NCBI GenBank assembly: GCA_965263075.1
Contig: CBDHGI010000006.1
Span: forward strand, 338,929-402,928
Direction of reading: 5' to 3'
DNA: 64,000 nucleotides
Source of the DNA: Chloroflexota bacterium
GTDB lineage: Bacteria; Chloroflexota; UBA11872
The position numbers and the translations under genes were made by a program. Below, piece after piece: positions 35,686 through 46,228 of the stretch; within the stretch, counting starts at the first letter, position 1, and every line of letters begins with the position of its first letter. The notes beneath the pieces are model-generated. The model did no database searches. It saw nothing but the letters and a program-made list of their open reading frames with translations, and had not been told where the DNA came from.

Positions 35686-37248
35686 ATGAAAACGCATGTG
35701 ACACGACGCACCTTGATTCGATCGCTGGGGGTCGGCGCCGTAGGCGCCTCCGCCGCCGCCTTGCTCGCCGCGTGTGGTGAAACCCAGGTGGTTACGGTCG
35801 ATAGAGTCGTTGAGAAGGAAGTCCCGGTCGAGAAGACGGTCGTCAAGGAAGTTCCGGTCGAGACGGTGGTAACGAAGGAAGTCATCAAGGAAGTTCCGGT
35901 TGAGGTCCAGAAGGTCGTCACGCAGGTCGTCGAGAGGGAGAGGGTTGTCGAAAAGATCGTTGAGGTCGCGCCTCAGAAAGGCCCGTCGCCACCCATTCAG
36001 TTCATGAACTACTGGTCTCGCGGCAACCGCTGGGAAACGATGAAAGTCGGGCTGGAGATCTTCGACAAGAAGCACCCGGAGATTCAGTACGACCTGATTC
36101 CGCTGCCTCCGCGCTTCTACCAAGAGAAGAGCGCCATCATGTTCGCCGCCGGGACGGTTGGCGACCTGCTGGTGATGAATGGCGGGCAGATGTTCCAGTT
36201 CGAGGGCAACCTGCTGCCGCTGAACGACATCGCGCCGAAGCTGGGTGTGAACTTTGACGACTACGTGCTGCTGGAGCGCATCCACGCGGATCGCCCCAGC
36301 GTCTGGACGAACGCGATTGCGGGAACCTTCTACGCGTTTCCGTTCATGATCGGGAGCGTCGGCGGCTGGTATTACAACGTGGACATCGTGGAAGGCGCCG
36401 GGCTGGAGCACCCGGACGAGTCGTGGACCTGGGACGTCCAGGATGAGGCGCTGAAGCAGATGACCGACGCGGAGCTTCCCCAGTTCGGCACGTGGAACCG
36501 CAACAACACCGAGGTTCAACTCTTCGAGCGAATCGCCGAGGCCGGCGGCAAGCACTTCAATGAAGTCGACCGCCCGTACCTGACCGCCGGGTTCGACGAC
36601 GCGGAAAGCGTTGCGTCGTTCGAGCGCTGGATGAACTACATTCACGTCGACGGTGTTGCTCCGCCTCCAGGCGAGATTGCCGCACTGGGCCTCGAGGGCG
36701 TCAGCAACCCGTTCCTGGCGGGACGGATCGGCATGCTCCACGGCGGCATTCACACGCCCGGTAACTACGACGCGATCATTAAGGATCGCTTTACGTTGGA
36801 GATCATGCCGACCCCGAAGCCGCCCGGCGGCGAGAACTGGTACATCAACAACCAGCTTGGCCACTTCATCACGCGCTACGCCCAGCACCGCGGGTCGGAG
36901 GAGAACACCATCACCCTGGCGGCGTTCCTTTCGGGATCAGAGTTCCAGAGCCTGGTTGCAAACTGGCGCGGCGCTGTTCCGACGACAAAAGAGGTTATCA
37001 ACAGCGACGCCTGGCTGAAGCCGATCGCAGGTCGGAAGATGCCGAACAACATGCACATCATTAACAACAACCTGTTCCACTCCAACGTGTACGGGAACCA
37101 CTGCTTCGACGGCTGGTCGGAGTGGTTCTGGAACATCATCTCGGCGGAAACCGAAACCGCCTGGATTGGCGAGAAGCCTCCGGGAGAATCGCTGCTCGAC
37201 TTGGCTGAGAACACGAACAAGTTCATGGCCAGCTTGGCCGAGGCGTAG
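35686..37248 (+). CDS. ABC transporter substrate-binding protein (carbohydrate, family 1) with Tat-type signal and lipobox
   Basis: MKTHVTRRTLIRSLGVGAVGASAAALLAACGET (RR motif plus LAAC lipobox); ATG at 35686 with a GGGAGGG RBS; a long repeat linker and then the SBP domain. Confidence 0.8.
   Translation: MKTHVTRRTLIRSLGVGAVGASAAALLAACGETQVVTVDRVVEKEVPVEKTVVKEVPVETVVTKEVIKEVPVEVQKVVTQVVERERVVEKIVEVAPQKGPSPPIQFMNYWSRGNRWETMKVGLEIFDKKHPEIQYDLIPLPPRFYQEKSAIMFAAGTVGDLLVMNGGQMFQFEGNLLPLNDIAPKLGVNFDDYVLLERIHADRPSVWTNAIAGTFYAFPFMIGSVGGWYYNVDIVEGAGLEHPDESWTWDVQDEALKQMTDAELPQFGTWNRNNTEVQLFERIAEAGGKHFNEVDRPYLTAGFDDAESVASFERWMNYIHVDGVAPPPGEIAALGLEGVSNPFLAGRIGMLHGGIHTPGNYDAIIKDRFTLEIMPTPKPPGGENWYINNQLGHFITRYAQHRGSEENTITLAAFLSGSEFQSLVANWRGAVPTTKEVINSDAWLKPIAGRKMPNNMHIINNNLFHSNVYGNHCFDGWSEWFWNIISAETETAWIGEKPPGESLLDLAENTNKFMASLAEA
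35806..35966 (+). repeat. Coding tandem repeat encoding a (V/T)VxKEVPVE(x) linker in the substrate-binding protein
   Basis: VVEKEVPVEKTVVKEVPVETVVTKEVIKEVPVEVQKVVTQVVERERVVEKIVEV; imperfect 27-30-bp DNA repeats. Confidence 0.7.
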
Positions 37249-37297
37249 TGGGCAGCGCGCGCCGCTTGACGCGGGACGTGTCTGCGTAGATAGGAAC

Positions 37298-37335
37298 GGG
37301 GCCGAGTGCCGAGTCCGGCACTCGGCCCCGTCTTT
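37298..37335 (+). terminator. Intra-operon rho-independent terminator/attenuator hairpin between the SBP and permease genes
   Basis: Perfect 14-bp stem GGGGCCGAGTGCCG-agtc-CGGCACTCGGCCCC followed by GTCTTTGC. Confidence 0.55.
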
Positions 37336-37350
37336 GCACTGGAAGACTAG

Positions 37351-38235
37351 ATGCGACGAACGGCCTGGCAGCAATGGAGCGGCATCCTCTTTGCGGTGCC
37401 CTGGCTACTTCAGTTCGTATTGTTCATTTTGGTTCCGTTCGCGGCATCGCTTTGGCTAAGCCTTACGGACTACCGGTTCAGGGGCTTTCCGCGGATGATC
37501 TGGTTTGAGAACTACATCGATCTTGCTTCTGACGAAGTATTCATCAAGAGTATCTTCAACACCCTCTATTACACCGCATTCCACGTTCCAGGCGTCATGA
37601 TTGTTTCTTTCTTCATCGCCATTCTGCTTAATCAGAAGGTCCAGGGCATGCCGCTGTTTCGCACGCTGTTCTACCTGCCCACGGTTACGGCGGGCGTTGC
37701 GACTGCGATGCTATGGCTCGTGATTCTGCAACCCAACGGCATCCTGAATCAGGCGCTGGGACTAGTGGGCATTCCAGGTCCCCGATGGCTGACGTCCACG
37801 CAGTGGGCGATGCCGGGTCTGATCATCATGAGCTTCTGGACGGTCGGCACGACCATGATTCTCTACCTGGCCGGGCTGCAGGGGATTCCGCAACATCTTT
37901 ATGAGGCGGCGGCAATCGACGGGGCCGGTCATCTGCGGAAGTTATGGCACGTGACGATTCCGATGATGACGCCAACGATATTCCTGACCCTTGTTCTCGG
38001 AATCATCGGTTCCTGGCAAGTCTTTACGCAGGCGTTGATTCTGACCGGTGGAGGTCCGGCGAACGCGACATTGTTTGTGCTGCTTTACCTCTACCGAAAG
38101 GCATTTCTGATATTTCAGATGGGGTATGCTTCGGCTATTGCTTGGGTGCTGTTTGTGATCATATTGGTTTTTACGCTCATACAGTTCGTGGTGGCCCGCC
38201 GATGGGTCTACTACGAATACGATGAGTCTGGGTAA
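37351..38235 (+). CDS. ABC transporter permease (MalF/UgpA-like)
   Basis: 6-TM protein with the EAA-loop region AAAIDGAGHLRKLWHVTIPMM. Confidence 0.85.
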   Translation: MRRTAWQQWSGILFAVPWLLQFVLFILVPFAASLWLSLTDYRFRGFPRMIWFENYIDLASDEVFIKSIFNTLYYTAFHVPGVMIVSFFIAILLNQKVQGMPLFRTLFYLPTVTAGVATAMLWLVILQPNGILNQALGLVGIPGPRWLTSTQWAMPGLIIMSFWTVGTTMILYLAGLQGIPQHLYEAAAIDGAGHLRKLWHVTIPMMTPTIFLTLVLGIIGSWQVFTQALILTGGGPANATLFVLLYLYRKAFLIFQMGYASAIAWVLFVIILVFTLIQFVVARRWVYYEYDESG

Positions 38236-38241
38236 CCGCTG

Positions 38242-39162
38242 ATGGCCTTGTTGTCAGAGCAAGCGCCGCAGGTTCCCGGTGTGGACCGGCGTACGCAGTC
38301 CACAACAACCATTCGCGGCTGGCGGAGTCGGATGATGCGCCCGGTTTGGCGTGTGCTGGTATACGTCATGCTGATCGGTGGTAGCGCGCTCTACGGGTTT
38401 CCGTTCGCCTGGATGGTGCGATCGTCGGCGATGTCGATCGACCAGTTTTATGAGGATCCGCCGCCGTTCTTTCCCGTGCCACCGAATTGGGAAAGCTTCA
38501 CCGAAGTGTGGGAGACCGGCCCAATTGTCGCCTGGATCATGAACTCCACGATCGTAACGGTCCTGGGCGTGGTGGTGTTGACCTTCGTGAGCGCGGTTGT
38601 TGCCTTCGGATTCGCTCGCACCGAGTACCCGATTCGCGACGCGCTGTTTCTGCTGGTCATCTCGACGATGATGCTTCCACAGCACGTGACGATCATTCCG
38701 AAAGTCATCATGTTCCGGGATCTTGGCTGGCTGGACACGCTGCTGCCGCTGACCGTCCCGATGATTGGCGGCTCCGCATTCTATATATTCATTCTGCGAC
38801 AGTTCTTTCGTACGATCCCGCGCGAGCTCGACGACGCAGCCGCGATTGACGGCGCCTCACCGCTGCGGATCATGTTCACCGTCGTGTTCCCACTTTCGAA
38901 ACCCGCCATTGCGACGGTCGCCGTGTTCTCATTCATCTCCAATTGGAATGAGTTCTTCGAGCCGTTCATCTACCTCAACACACCGAAAAACATGACGCTG
39001 GCTGTGGGCATGCGATTCTTCCAGGCCGGGATGTGGGAACAGCCGCAACTGCACCTGCAGATGGCCATCGCATTGATCGCCGTCGCCCCGATCCTCGTTG
39101 CCTTCTTCTTTGCGCAGAAGCACTTCATCCACGGGATCACGCTGACCGGAATCAAGGGTTAG
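38242..39162 (+). CDS. ABC transporter permease (MalG/UgpE-like)
   Basis: EAA loop DDAAAIDGASPLRIMFTVVFPLSKPAIATV; MMRPVW at 38332 is an alternative start. Confidence 0.85.
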   Translation: MALLSEQAPQVPGVDRRTQSTTTIRGWRSRMMRPVWRVLVYVMLIGGSALYGFPFAWMVRSSAMSIDQFYEDPPPFFPVPPNWESFTEVWETGPIVAWIMNSTIVTVLGVVVLTFVSAVVAFGFARTEYPIRDALFLLVISTMMLPQHVTIIPKVIMFRDLGWLDTLLPLTVPMIGGSAFYIFILRQFFRTIPRELDDAAAIDGASPLRIMFTVVFPLSKPAIATVAVFSFISNWNEFFEPFIYLNTPKNMTLAVGMRFFQAGMWEQPQLHLQMAIALIAVAPILVAFFFAQKHFIHGITLTGIKG

Positions 39163-39215
39163 CCGCAGCTCCAACGACTCGCCTGCCTGTCACGGGACTG
39201 ACCAAATACGCGGGG

Positions 39216-40241
39216 CTACGTACGTGGTTTGAAGCGGGCGATTTGGTCGTCGACCCAGGCGTGGTTGGCGTTGCGGGTGCGGCCGGCGTTGTGGGGCGTG
39301 TGCACGACGTTGTGGCGACCCAGCAAGGGGGAGTCGAGAGGAACCGGTTCCACGTCGAACACGTCGGCTGCCAGGGCCAGTTCATCGTTCAGCACGCGGC
39401 GATAGAGGGCGTCGGTATCGCAGATGGCAGCCCGCGTGACCTGCACCACCAGCGACCCGTGTGGCAGCGCATTTATCAGGTCGGCGGTCACCAACCCGCG
39501 TGTGCTGTCGGTGAGCGGAAGCATGGGTACGAAGATCTGCGAGTCGGTGACGAGCTCGGACAGGTGAAAGCAGCGCTGCGCACCGGCGGCGACGAAGGTG
39601 GCGTCGGGCGCGTAGGGGTCCCAGATTGCAACCTGCGCGCCGACGGCTGCACACCATGAGGCATACCGGGCGCCAATGTTTCCCGCGCCGACCACACGCA
39701 CCCGCTTGCCGCCCAGGGTGCCGCTGGTAAACCGGGAGTCGTCGCCGTACTGCTCGCCGCGCTGGCCAGGTCGGCCGATCTCTGGACGGTACTTCCAGGT
39801 CTCGTGATCGCGCTGCATGGCGGCGTAGGTCTGCGGGATTCGGCGGAGCGCCGCGAGCGTTAGGCCCATCCCAAATTCGGCTACGGACTGTCCCCAGTAA
39901 ATGTCGACCCTGTGGGGGATGAAGGTGACGCCGCGGGCGACGGCCGCCTCGATGCCGCTGGTAGCCGGATCGCTTGAACCGTGCTTCAGGACGTAACGCG
40001 GGTGGAAGCACTCTTCGAGCGCGCAGAACGGCTCCAGGTCCGCGGCTTCGGCCGGAAAGCCCAGCAGCGCCAGGCGCTGGACGGAGTCGGGGTCCGGGAC
40101 GAGCTGCGGGGCGCGAGCTTCGGGTTCTTCGGTGCGATAGAGCTCGCAATCGCCCTGGCGCTGCCAGCACTCGTGCCAGTAGTCGGCCGCAAAGGGCCAG
40201 GCGGCGTCGAATCGCTCGTGGACACAGATGACTGATCGCAT
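39216..40241 (-). CDS. D-isomer-specific 2-hydroxyacid dehydrogenase-family protein
   Basis: GKRVRVVGAGNIGARYA NAD-binding motif; C-terminal catalytic region with ...R..D..AL..G.....D.....P; the start is uncertain (40274 or 40241). Confidence 0.7.
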   Translation of the reverse strand: MRSVICVHERFDAAWPFAADYWHECWQRQGDCELYRTEEPEARAPQLVPDPDSVQRLALLGFPAEAADLEPFCALEECFHPRYVLKHGSSDPATSGIEAAVARGVTFIPHRVDIYWGQSVAEFGMGLTLAALRRIPQTYAAMQRDHETWKYRPEIGRPGQRGEQYGDDSRFTSGTLGGKRVRVVGAGNIGARYASWCAAVGAQVAIWDPYAPDATFVAAGAQRCFHLSELVTDSQIFVPMLPLTDSTRGLVTADLINALPHGSLVVQVTRAAICDTDALYRRVLNDELALAADVFDVEPVPLDSPLLGRHNVVHTPHNAGRTRNANHAWVDDQIARFKPRT

Positions 40242-40403
40242 GAGCCGTGCCCTCCTTTGGGGGGTACCTGTCAAATTGTCCTTGCGCTGTACTATCGCAG
40301 ACGGCCTATTTCATTGCGCGTGCGGACTCCGGGATACGGCGTTACGAATCCCGACTCGACGGTCGCGCAAGGCGTTGACCCGTTCTCATCCGCGGAGGCA
40401 GCC

Positions 40404-40802
40404 ATGAAGCGATTCCTGATTCAGTCGGAAACCCCGCGCGATGAATTGGACTGGGGATCGCTGGGTTGGCTCAGCAATCCTCCGGTGACCGGCAGCGAGT
40501 ACCTGACCGTCATTGACGTGGAGTTGCTGCCGGGCAACGGGCACGACTTTCACAAGCATCCCGACCAGGAAGAATCGATCGTCTGCGTTAAGGGCACAGT
40601 GGAGCAATGGGTCAACCAGGAGCGGCGCATGCTGAGTCCGGGCGATGCCGTATTCATTCCCGCCGATTGCGTACACGCCACGTTCAATGACGGCGACGAG
40701 CCGGCCAAGGTGATCGCGATTCTTGGTCCCTGCGTCGGCGAGATTGGCTACGAGTTGGTGGACGTTGCCGACCAAGCGCCGTGGAACGGTCTTCGCGGAT
40801 AG
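40404..40802 (+). CDS. Cupin-domain protein
   Basis: ATG at 40404 with a GGAGG RBS; HDFHKHPDQEESIVCVKGTVEQWVNQE...GDAVFIPADCVHATFN cupin motifs. Confidence 0.7.
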   Translation: MKRFLIQSETPRDELDWGSLGWLSNPPVTGSEYLTVIDVELLPGNGHDFHKHPDQEESIVCVKGTVEQWVNQERRMLSPGDAVFIPADCVHATFNDGDEPAKVIAILGPCVGEIGYELVDVADQAPWNGLRG

Positions 40803-40916
40803 CTGAGCGAGCGCGCTGCTGGCGAGCCCATAGTCCTGGCGCCGACCGTGCGCCGGGTCGTTCAATGCTCCAAACTACGGGTCAATTGCCTCCTGCCACG
40901 TATGTGAAGGCTACCC

Positions 40917-41843
40917 ATGGCGCACCACGAGTTTTCGCCCACGACCTACTACAACACGATGGGGAGCCATCCGCCGGCTTTTCATGTTGATGCCGGGGAT
41001 ACGATAGCGACGACGACTGTTGACGCCCGCGGGTTCGATCATGAAAACGTGGAGCGGGCGGGACGGCCAAATCCGCAGACGGGGCCGTTTTATGTGAACG
41101 GGGCGGAAGCGGGTGACACGCTGGTTCTGAAGCTGCACGAGGTAACGCCGAACCGGCGGCTGGGCTGGACAACGGCGCGGCTGGCGCCAAACGTGGTGGA
41201 TTTTGAATACGAGGCGAACTTTGACGACGAGGTTGACCTAGCGACTTGGGACGTGGATGCGGAGGCGGGAACTGTAACGCTGGTTGAGCCGCAGAATCGC
41301 CTGACGGGGCAGCCGTTGCCGTTGCGACCGATGCTGGGAACGGTGGGAGTGGCACCGGACATTGGCGAAGCGATCAGCACCATGACCTCTGGAGCGCACG
41401 GGGGCAACATGGATTACAACCGGATCACGCCGGGCGTCACCGTCTCATTTCCGGTGTTTACCGACGGCGCGCTGTTCTTCCTCGGCGACGGGCACGCGCT
41501 GCAAGGCGACGGCGAGATGGACGGCACGGGTGTGGAGATCTCCATGGACGTGCGGTTCAGCCTGGATCTGATCAAGGGCAAGACGATCCATTGGCCAAGG
41601 GCCGAGGACGAAACGTTCCTGATGACATGCGGGAACGTCCGTCCGCTGGATCAGGCCGTGCAGCACGCCACGACCGAGATGGTTTCGTGGCTGGAGACGG
41701 ACTACGGCCTGACCACTCGCGAGGCGCACATGCTGCTTGGGCGGTTTGTGGAGTACGACGTGGGCAACATGTACGACCCGGCGTACACGATGGTCTGTAA
41801 GGTTCGGAAGTCTGCTCTGGCTGACCTGGGCTTTGCGGGTTGA
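40917..41843 (+). CDS. Acetamidase/formamidase-family protein
   Basis: 308 aa; GPFYVNGAEAGDTLVLKLHEV...DGALFFLGDGHALQGDGEMDGTGVE resembles FmdA/AmdA. Confidence 0.75.
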   Translation: MAHHEFSPTTYYNTMGSHPPAFHVDAGDTIATTTVDARGFDHENVERAGRPNPQTGPFYVNGAEAGDTLVLKLHEVTPNRRLGWTTARLAPNVVDFEYEANFDDEVDLATWDVDAEAGTVTLVEPQNRLTGQPLPLRPMLGTVGVAPDIGEAISTMTSGAHGGNMDYNRITPGVTVSFPVFTDGALFFLGDGHALQGDGEMDGTGVEISMDVRFSLDLIKGKTIHWPRAEDETFLMTCGNVRPLDQAVQHATTEMVSWLETDYGLTTREAHMLLGRFVEYDVGNMYDPAYTMVCKVRKSALADLGFAG

Positions 41844-41886
41844 TGCTGCGGATCGGTTGAGGCGGTTCTCGCGGAAGTGACGGGCC

Positions 41887-42882
41887 CTAGGGAACTTCTG
41901 TAAGCGCCACTGGGCGATGATCTCGGCGCGAGATGTCACAGGCGATAGCGGCTCGGAGCGCTTCGACAGCGTCGTCGACGGTACTGCGCGACGCCTGACG
42001 CCCACGGGCTACGTCCAGAAACGCGTCGATCTCGACGGCGTAGGCTTTGGCAAAGCGGTCGTGAAAGTCCGGATAGGGCTTCGCGGCGAGGGGTGGCGAT
42101 CGGGGTTCCAGCGAACGCAGCGGCGCGCGGTCGTCCCACCCAACCACAACGCTGTCGCGGGACCCGAAGAGTTCCATGCGGACGTCGTAGCCCAGCGGGT
42201 TGTGGCGGGCATAGCTCATGAGACCCAGCGCGCCACCGGACAGGGTGAACGTGGCTATGGCCAGGTCGGCGTCGTCGAAGCGCTCATAAACGTCCCACTT
42301 GCGGACGGTGGTTTGGGCGTAGACCTCGACGACTTCCTCGCTCGTGACAAACCGGATGGCGTCGAAGTCGTGCACGCTGAAGTCGCGAAACATTCCGCCC
42401 GAGCCGGCGATGTAGGCCTCGGTGGCGGGCTCGGGATCGTGGCCGATGGTACGCAGGGTGTAGAGGGTTCCCAACCCACCGGAGGCCACCAGATCGGCGG
42501 CGGCTTGGTAGCCGGGATCGAAGCGGCGCTGGAAGCCCATCTGCACGGGCACGCTGCGCTGGTGGATGAGAGCGACAGTCTCGCGCGACTGTTCCAGGTC
42601 ATGCGAGATGGGCTTTTCGCAGAAGGTTGGTATGCCGGCTTGGACCGAGGCGCGCAGCAGGCCGGCGTGGGCGGTGGTGGTGGCAGCGATCACGACGGCG
42701 TCAACTGAGGCCAGCAACTCGGCGTAGTCAGTCACGGCGCGCAGGCCCAGGTCGTTGGCTACCGAGGCGGCGAGTTCCGCATTGGCGTCCTGGAGGACGA
42801 CTTGGGAAACGTCGGGATGCGCCATGAGGCGCTCGGTGTGGGGTCGCCCGATACGACCGACGCCAGCTACGCCTACGCGCAT
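41887..42882 (-). CDS. Gfo/Idh/MocA-family oxidoreductase
   Basis: MRVGVAGVGRIGRPHTERL Rossmann N-terminus at an internal ATG (42882); EKP motif (TFCEKPIS). Confidence 0.8.
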   Translation of the reverse strand: MRVGVAGVGRIGRPHTERLMAHPDVSQVVLQDANAELAASVANDLGLRAVTDYAELLASVDAVVIAATTTAHAGLLRASVQAGIPTFCEKPISHDLEQSRETVALIHQRSVPVQMGFQRRFDPGYQAAADLVASGGLGTLYTLRTIGHDPEPATEAYIAGSGGMFRDFSVHDFDAIRFVTSEEVVEVYAQTTVRKWDVYERFDDADLAIATFTLSGGALGLMSYARHNPLGYDVRMELFGSRDSVVVGWDDRAPLRSLEPRSPPLAAKPYPDFHDRFAKAYAVEIDAFLDVARGRQASRSTVDDAVEALRAAIACDISRRDHRPVALTEVP

Positions 42883-43089
42883 GTCAGCCCTTTCCGCCTG
42901 CTCGCCACGCGGCCCTTGGCCGGAAGCGAGTGTTGTCCATAGAAGCCAAGCCGCAATCTGGACCGGGAATAGGCGCACGTCAAGCCGGGGGCGTGAGGGA
43001 TGGAGGGCGCAGACCGTAGGCTTGTGCCGACGTGCGTGGCTGGATCAGGATCGAAGTGCGCGCTCCACGTCGAACGGCCACAGAGAAAC

Positions 43090-43948
43090 GGGGCACCCGA
43101 TGAGTGAGGGCCGGCTGGTGGGCAAGGTTGCCATCGTGAGTGGCGGTGGAAGCCATGCGGGCGAGATTGGCACCGGTCGGGCCACGTCGGTGTGCCTGGC
43201 CCGAGAAGGCGCGCGCGTTCTGGTGGCCGATGTCGCGACCGAGAACGCGCAACGGACCGTTGACGCCATCCGGCAGAAGGGCGGCGAGGCGTCGGCGTTC
43301 GTGGGCGACGCAACGTCAAGCGACGATTGCCAGGCGATGGTGGCCGCGGCCGTTGAGCGCTTCGGCGGTCTGCATGTGCTGGTCAATAACCTGGGCTACC
43401 GCTGGGGAGGGCGGGATCGGCGCAAGGGCGTGGCCGATTTGGACGAGGGACAGCTCATGAATGCGTTCGATCTCAACGTCAAGAGCGCGGTCCTGGCCAG
43501 CAAGCACGCGATTCCGGCCATGATCGAATCAGGCGGCGGGTCGATCATCAACGTGTCGTCGATCGATGGTCTGGCCGGGGCCAGGCACCGCGGCGTGGCT
43601 TACTCAATCACCAAGGGCGCGCTGCCCATCCTGACTAAAGCCACCGCAGCCTTCCACGGACGCGAGGGCATTCGCGCCAACTGCATCGTGCCCGGGCATC
43701 TGCAGTCGGCCTATCAGACGGGCATCAATCCGGTCGACCGCGAACTGCGGCGGCGCGTGACCCCGCTGGGAATCGAAGGGACACCCTGGGACATTGCCTG
43801 GGCGGCGGTGTTCCTGGCCAGCGACGAGTCGCGATGGATCACCGGCGTGACGCTGCCGGTGGACGGCGGTCTGTTTGCCGCCCAGCCGCTGCTTGCCCAC
43901 GATCTGCTGCAGGAGCCAGAGCCGCAAACCGAAGACGGGGAGGCCTAG
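43090..43948 (+). CDS. SDR-family oxidoreductase
   Basis: GKVAIVSGGGSHAGEIG (TGxxxGxG), NNLG, YSITKGA (YxxxK); ATG at 43090. Confidence 0.85.
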
Positions 43949-44791
43949 GTGCCGTACAAGCTGAAGTCCAAGACCATGTATCTGATGCCGACGCACTTCG
44001 GCCCAATGTCCGGTCCGCGACAGGGTCCGGGCGGTCATTTAGGCGCGTTCAGTGTCGATCAGCGCAAGTCGCGAACCTATGCGGTGAGCTTTCTGAGCGA
44101 GCGGAATCAGCTGGAAGCGCTGTTGCCGGAGGGCTTTGAGCTGGTTGGCGAGCCGGTGGTCACGGTGGCCCAAACGCACATGACGGAGATCGACTGGCTG
44201 GCCGGGCGCGGTTACAACGTGCTCGGCGTTACCGTCCAGGCCCGATTCAACGGAGCTCGCGACCAGGCAACTGGTCCCTTTCTGCTGGTGCTCTGGGAGA
44301 ACCTGACGGATCCGATATTGACCGGACGTGAGCAGTTGGGCTTCTCGAAGATCTACTGCGAACTTCCGGAACCGGTTATCCACGGCGGCGAGACGCAGTG
44401 CACCGCAAGCTGGTTGGGGTTTCGGTTCATGGACATGCGCCTTACGAAAATGGTGGAGGTCGAGGAGCCGGCGGCGGCACCGGCCGAGTCCCCAGGCGAG
44501 GGCTCGCTGAAGGGAACGCTCCACTACAAGTACGTGCCCAAGACCGGCGAATGGGGCGAAGCCGATGCCGAATACGCGGTGCTGAGTCCAATCAACCCGC
44601 CGCTAAGCCAGCCCACCCGCTGGCAGGGCGAAGGCACGGTGACGTTTCAGCGGGCGCGCTGGGAGGACTTGCCCACGCAATTCATGGTCGTGAACGCGCT
44701 GCACGAGCTTGAGGTCAAGGAGTACCGGGGCGCGACTATCGAGCACCGGGTGGGCGGCAGGGATCTGATCGATCAGCGCATCCTGCGCTAG
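43949..44791 (+). CDS. Acetoacetate decarboxylase (ADC)-family protein
   Basis: 280 aa; a GTG start abutting the SDR stop; overall ADC-like beta-cone pattern. Confidence 0.6.
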   Translation: MPYKLKSKTMYLMPTHFGPMSGPRQGPGGHLGAFSVDQRKSRTYAVSFLSERNQLEALLPEGFELVGEPVVTVAQTHMTEIDWLAGRGYNVLGVTVQARFNGARDQATGPFLLVLWENLTDPILTGREQLGFSKIYCELPEPVIHGGETQCTASWLGFRFMDMRLTKMVEVEEPAAAPAESPGEGSLKGTLHYKYVPKTGEWGEADAEYAVLSPINPPLSQPTRWQGEGTVTFQRARWEDLPTQFMVVNALHELEVKEYRGATIEHRVGGRDLIDQRILR

Positions 44792-44940
44792 GGCCAGTAG
44801 AAGCACGGTCCGCACGGAGGATGATGCCGTCTCGGCTAGATATAGACTCGCCGGACGAGCCAACTGTCTACCGCGCGGCCGTTGGGCAGCAGGGTGGCAG
44901 CGGGATTCTTGACATAATCCTAATTTCGCAAACTTAGACT

Positions 44941-46179
44941 ATGGCTTCATCCTCGATACCTGCGCAAGTATCCAACGGCTCGGGGCGTTGGCAGACGCCG
45001 TTGATGGTGATCGCAGCGTGCGCGCTGATCGCCGTCATTGGATTAGGCACGCGCTCGGTGTTCGGCCTGTTTCTGCCGCCGATGACGGAGGCGCACGGCT
45101 GGTCGCGCGACGAATTCAGCATTGCCATGGCCGTACAGCAGTTGACCTTAGGACTGGTGCTGCCGCTGGCCGCAGCGTCGTCCGACCGTTTTGGTCCGGT
45201 GCGGGTGATTGTGGGCGGCTCGCTGGCCTACGCGCTGGGCGTGTGGCTGATGACGATGGTCGAGGCGTCGCTGGTATTTCTTCTGGTGGCCGGGCTGCTG
45301 GTTGGGGCCGCGAACGCCTTTACGTCGTTCTCGCTGGTTATTGCCACCATGGCGCGGATGGTCGGACCGCGACGACGGCCGCTGGTGATGGGGCTGGGAA
45401 TGGCGGCCGGGTCGCTGGGACAGGTGATCTACTCGCCGATTACCCAGGGGTTTATCGACGCGTTCGGGTGGAGCGACGCGATGGTGATCCTGGCGGTGGG
45501 GTCGCTGGCGATTGTGCCGCTGGCATTCCTGCTTCCAGGCAGCCCGGACGTTGCGGCCGAACGAACGGCCCGACAGAGCATCGGGGCGGCGATCCGCGAA
45601 GCGGCCGAGCACCGGGGCTACGTGTTGCTGACGGCCGGGTTCTTTGTTTGCGGGTTCCACGTGTCGTTCATCACTGTGCACCTTCCGGCGTATATGCAGG
45701 ATCTGGGCTTTGCGGCTCACGTGGGCGCGATTGCGCTTTCGCTGATCGGCTTCTTCAACATAGTGGGGTCGCTCCTGTCCGGTATGGCAGGGACGCACTT
45801 CAGCCGACGGCTGAGCCTGAGCTTTATCTATACCAGCCGTGCCATTGTGATTGGCGCCTTTCTGGTGCTACCCAAGACCGAGCCGGTGGCGTATATGTTC
45901 GCCTCACTCATGGGGTTGCTGTGGCTGGCAACGGTTCCGCTGACCTCCGCGATCGTTGCCCGAGTGTTCGGGGTGCGGTTTCTGGCCACGCTGTTTTCCT
46001 TTGTCTTCCTTTCCCATCAGCTTGGCTCGTTTTCGGGCGTGTGGCTGGGCGGGGTGATCTACGAGGCGACGGGCAGCTACGACGGGATGTGGGTGGCCGG
46101 AATCGTTCTGGGACTGGCGTCGGCTCTGATCCACCTGCCGATCAACGAGCGACCGATTCCGCGACTGGCGGAGGCTTAG
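44941..46179 (+). CDS. MFS transporter
   Basis: 12 predicted TM helices; 412 aa. Confidence 0.8.
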   Translation: MASSSIPAQVSNGSGRWQTPLMVIAACALIAVIGLGTRSVFGLFLPPMTEAHGWSRDEFSIAMAVQQLTLGLVLPLAAASSDRFGPVRVIVGGSLAYALGVWLMTMVEASLVFLLVAGLLVGAANAFTSFSLVIATMARMVGPRRRPLVMGLGMAAGSLGQVIYSPITQGFIDAFGWSDAMVILAVGSLAIVPLAFLLPGSPDVAAERTARQSIGAAIREAAEHRGYVLLTAGFFVCGFHVSFITVHLPAYMQDLGFAAHVGAIALSLIGFFNIVGSLLSGMAGTHFSRRLSLSFIYTSRAIVIGAFLVLPKTEPVAYMFASLMGLLWLATVPLTSAIVARVFGVRFLATLFSFVFLSHQLGSFSGVWLGGVIYEATGSYDGMWVAGIVLGLASALIHLPINERPIPRLAEA

Positions 46180-46228
46180 CGGGTCAGTCGCAGAGCCCGC
46201 CGCAAATAAACTGCGAGCAGGTCTCAGG

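Noticed and set aside
35638-36888. 416-aa minus-strand ORF
   Set aside because: It is antisense to the ABC substrate-binding protein gene.
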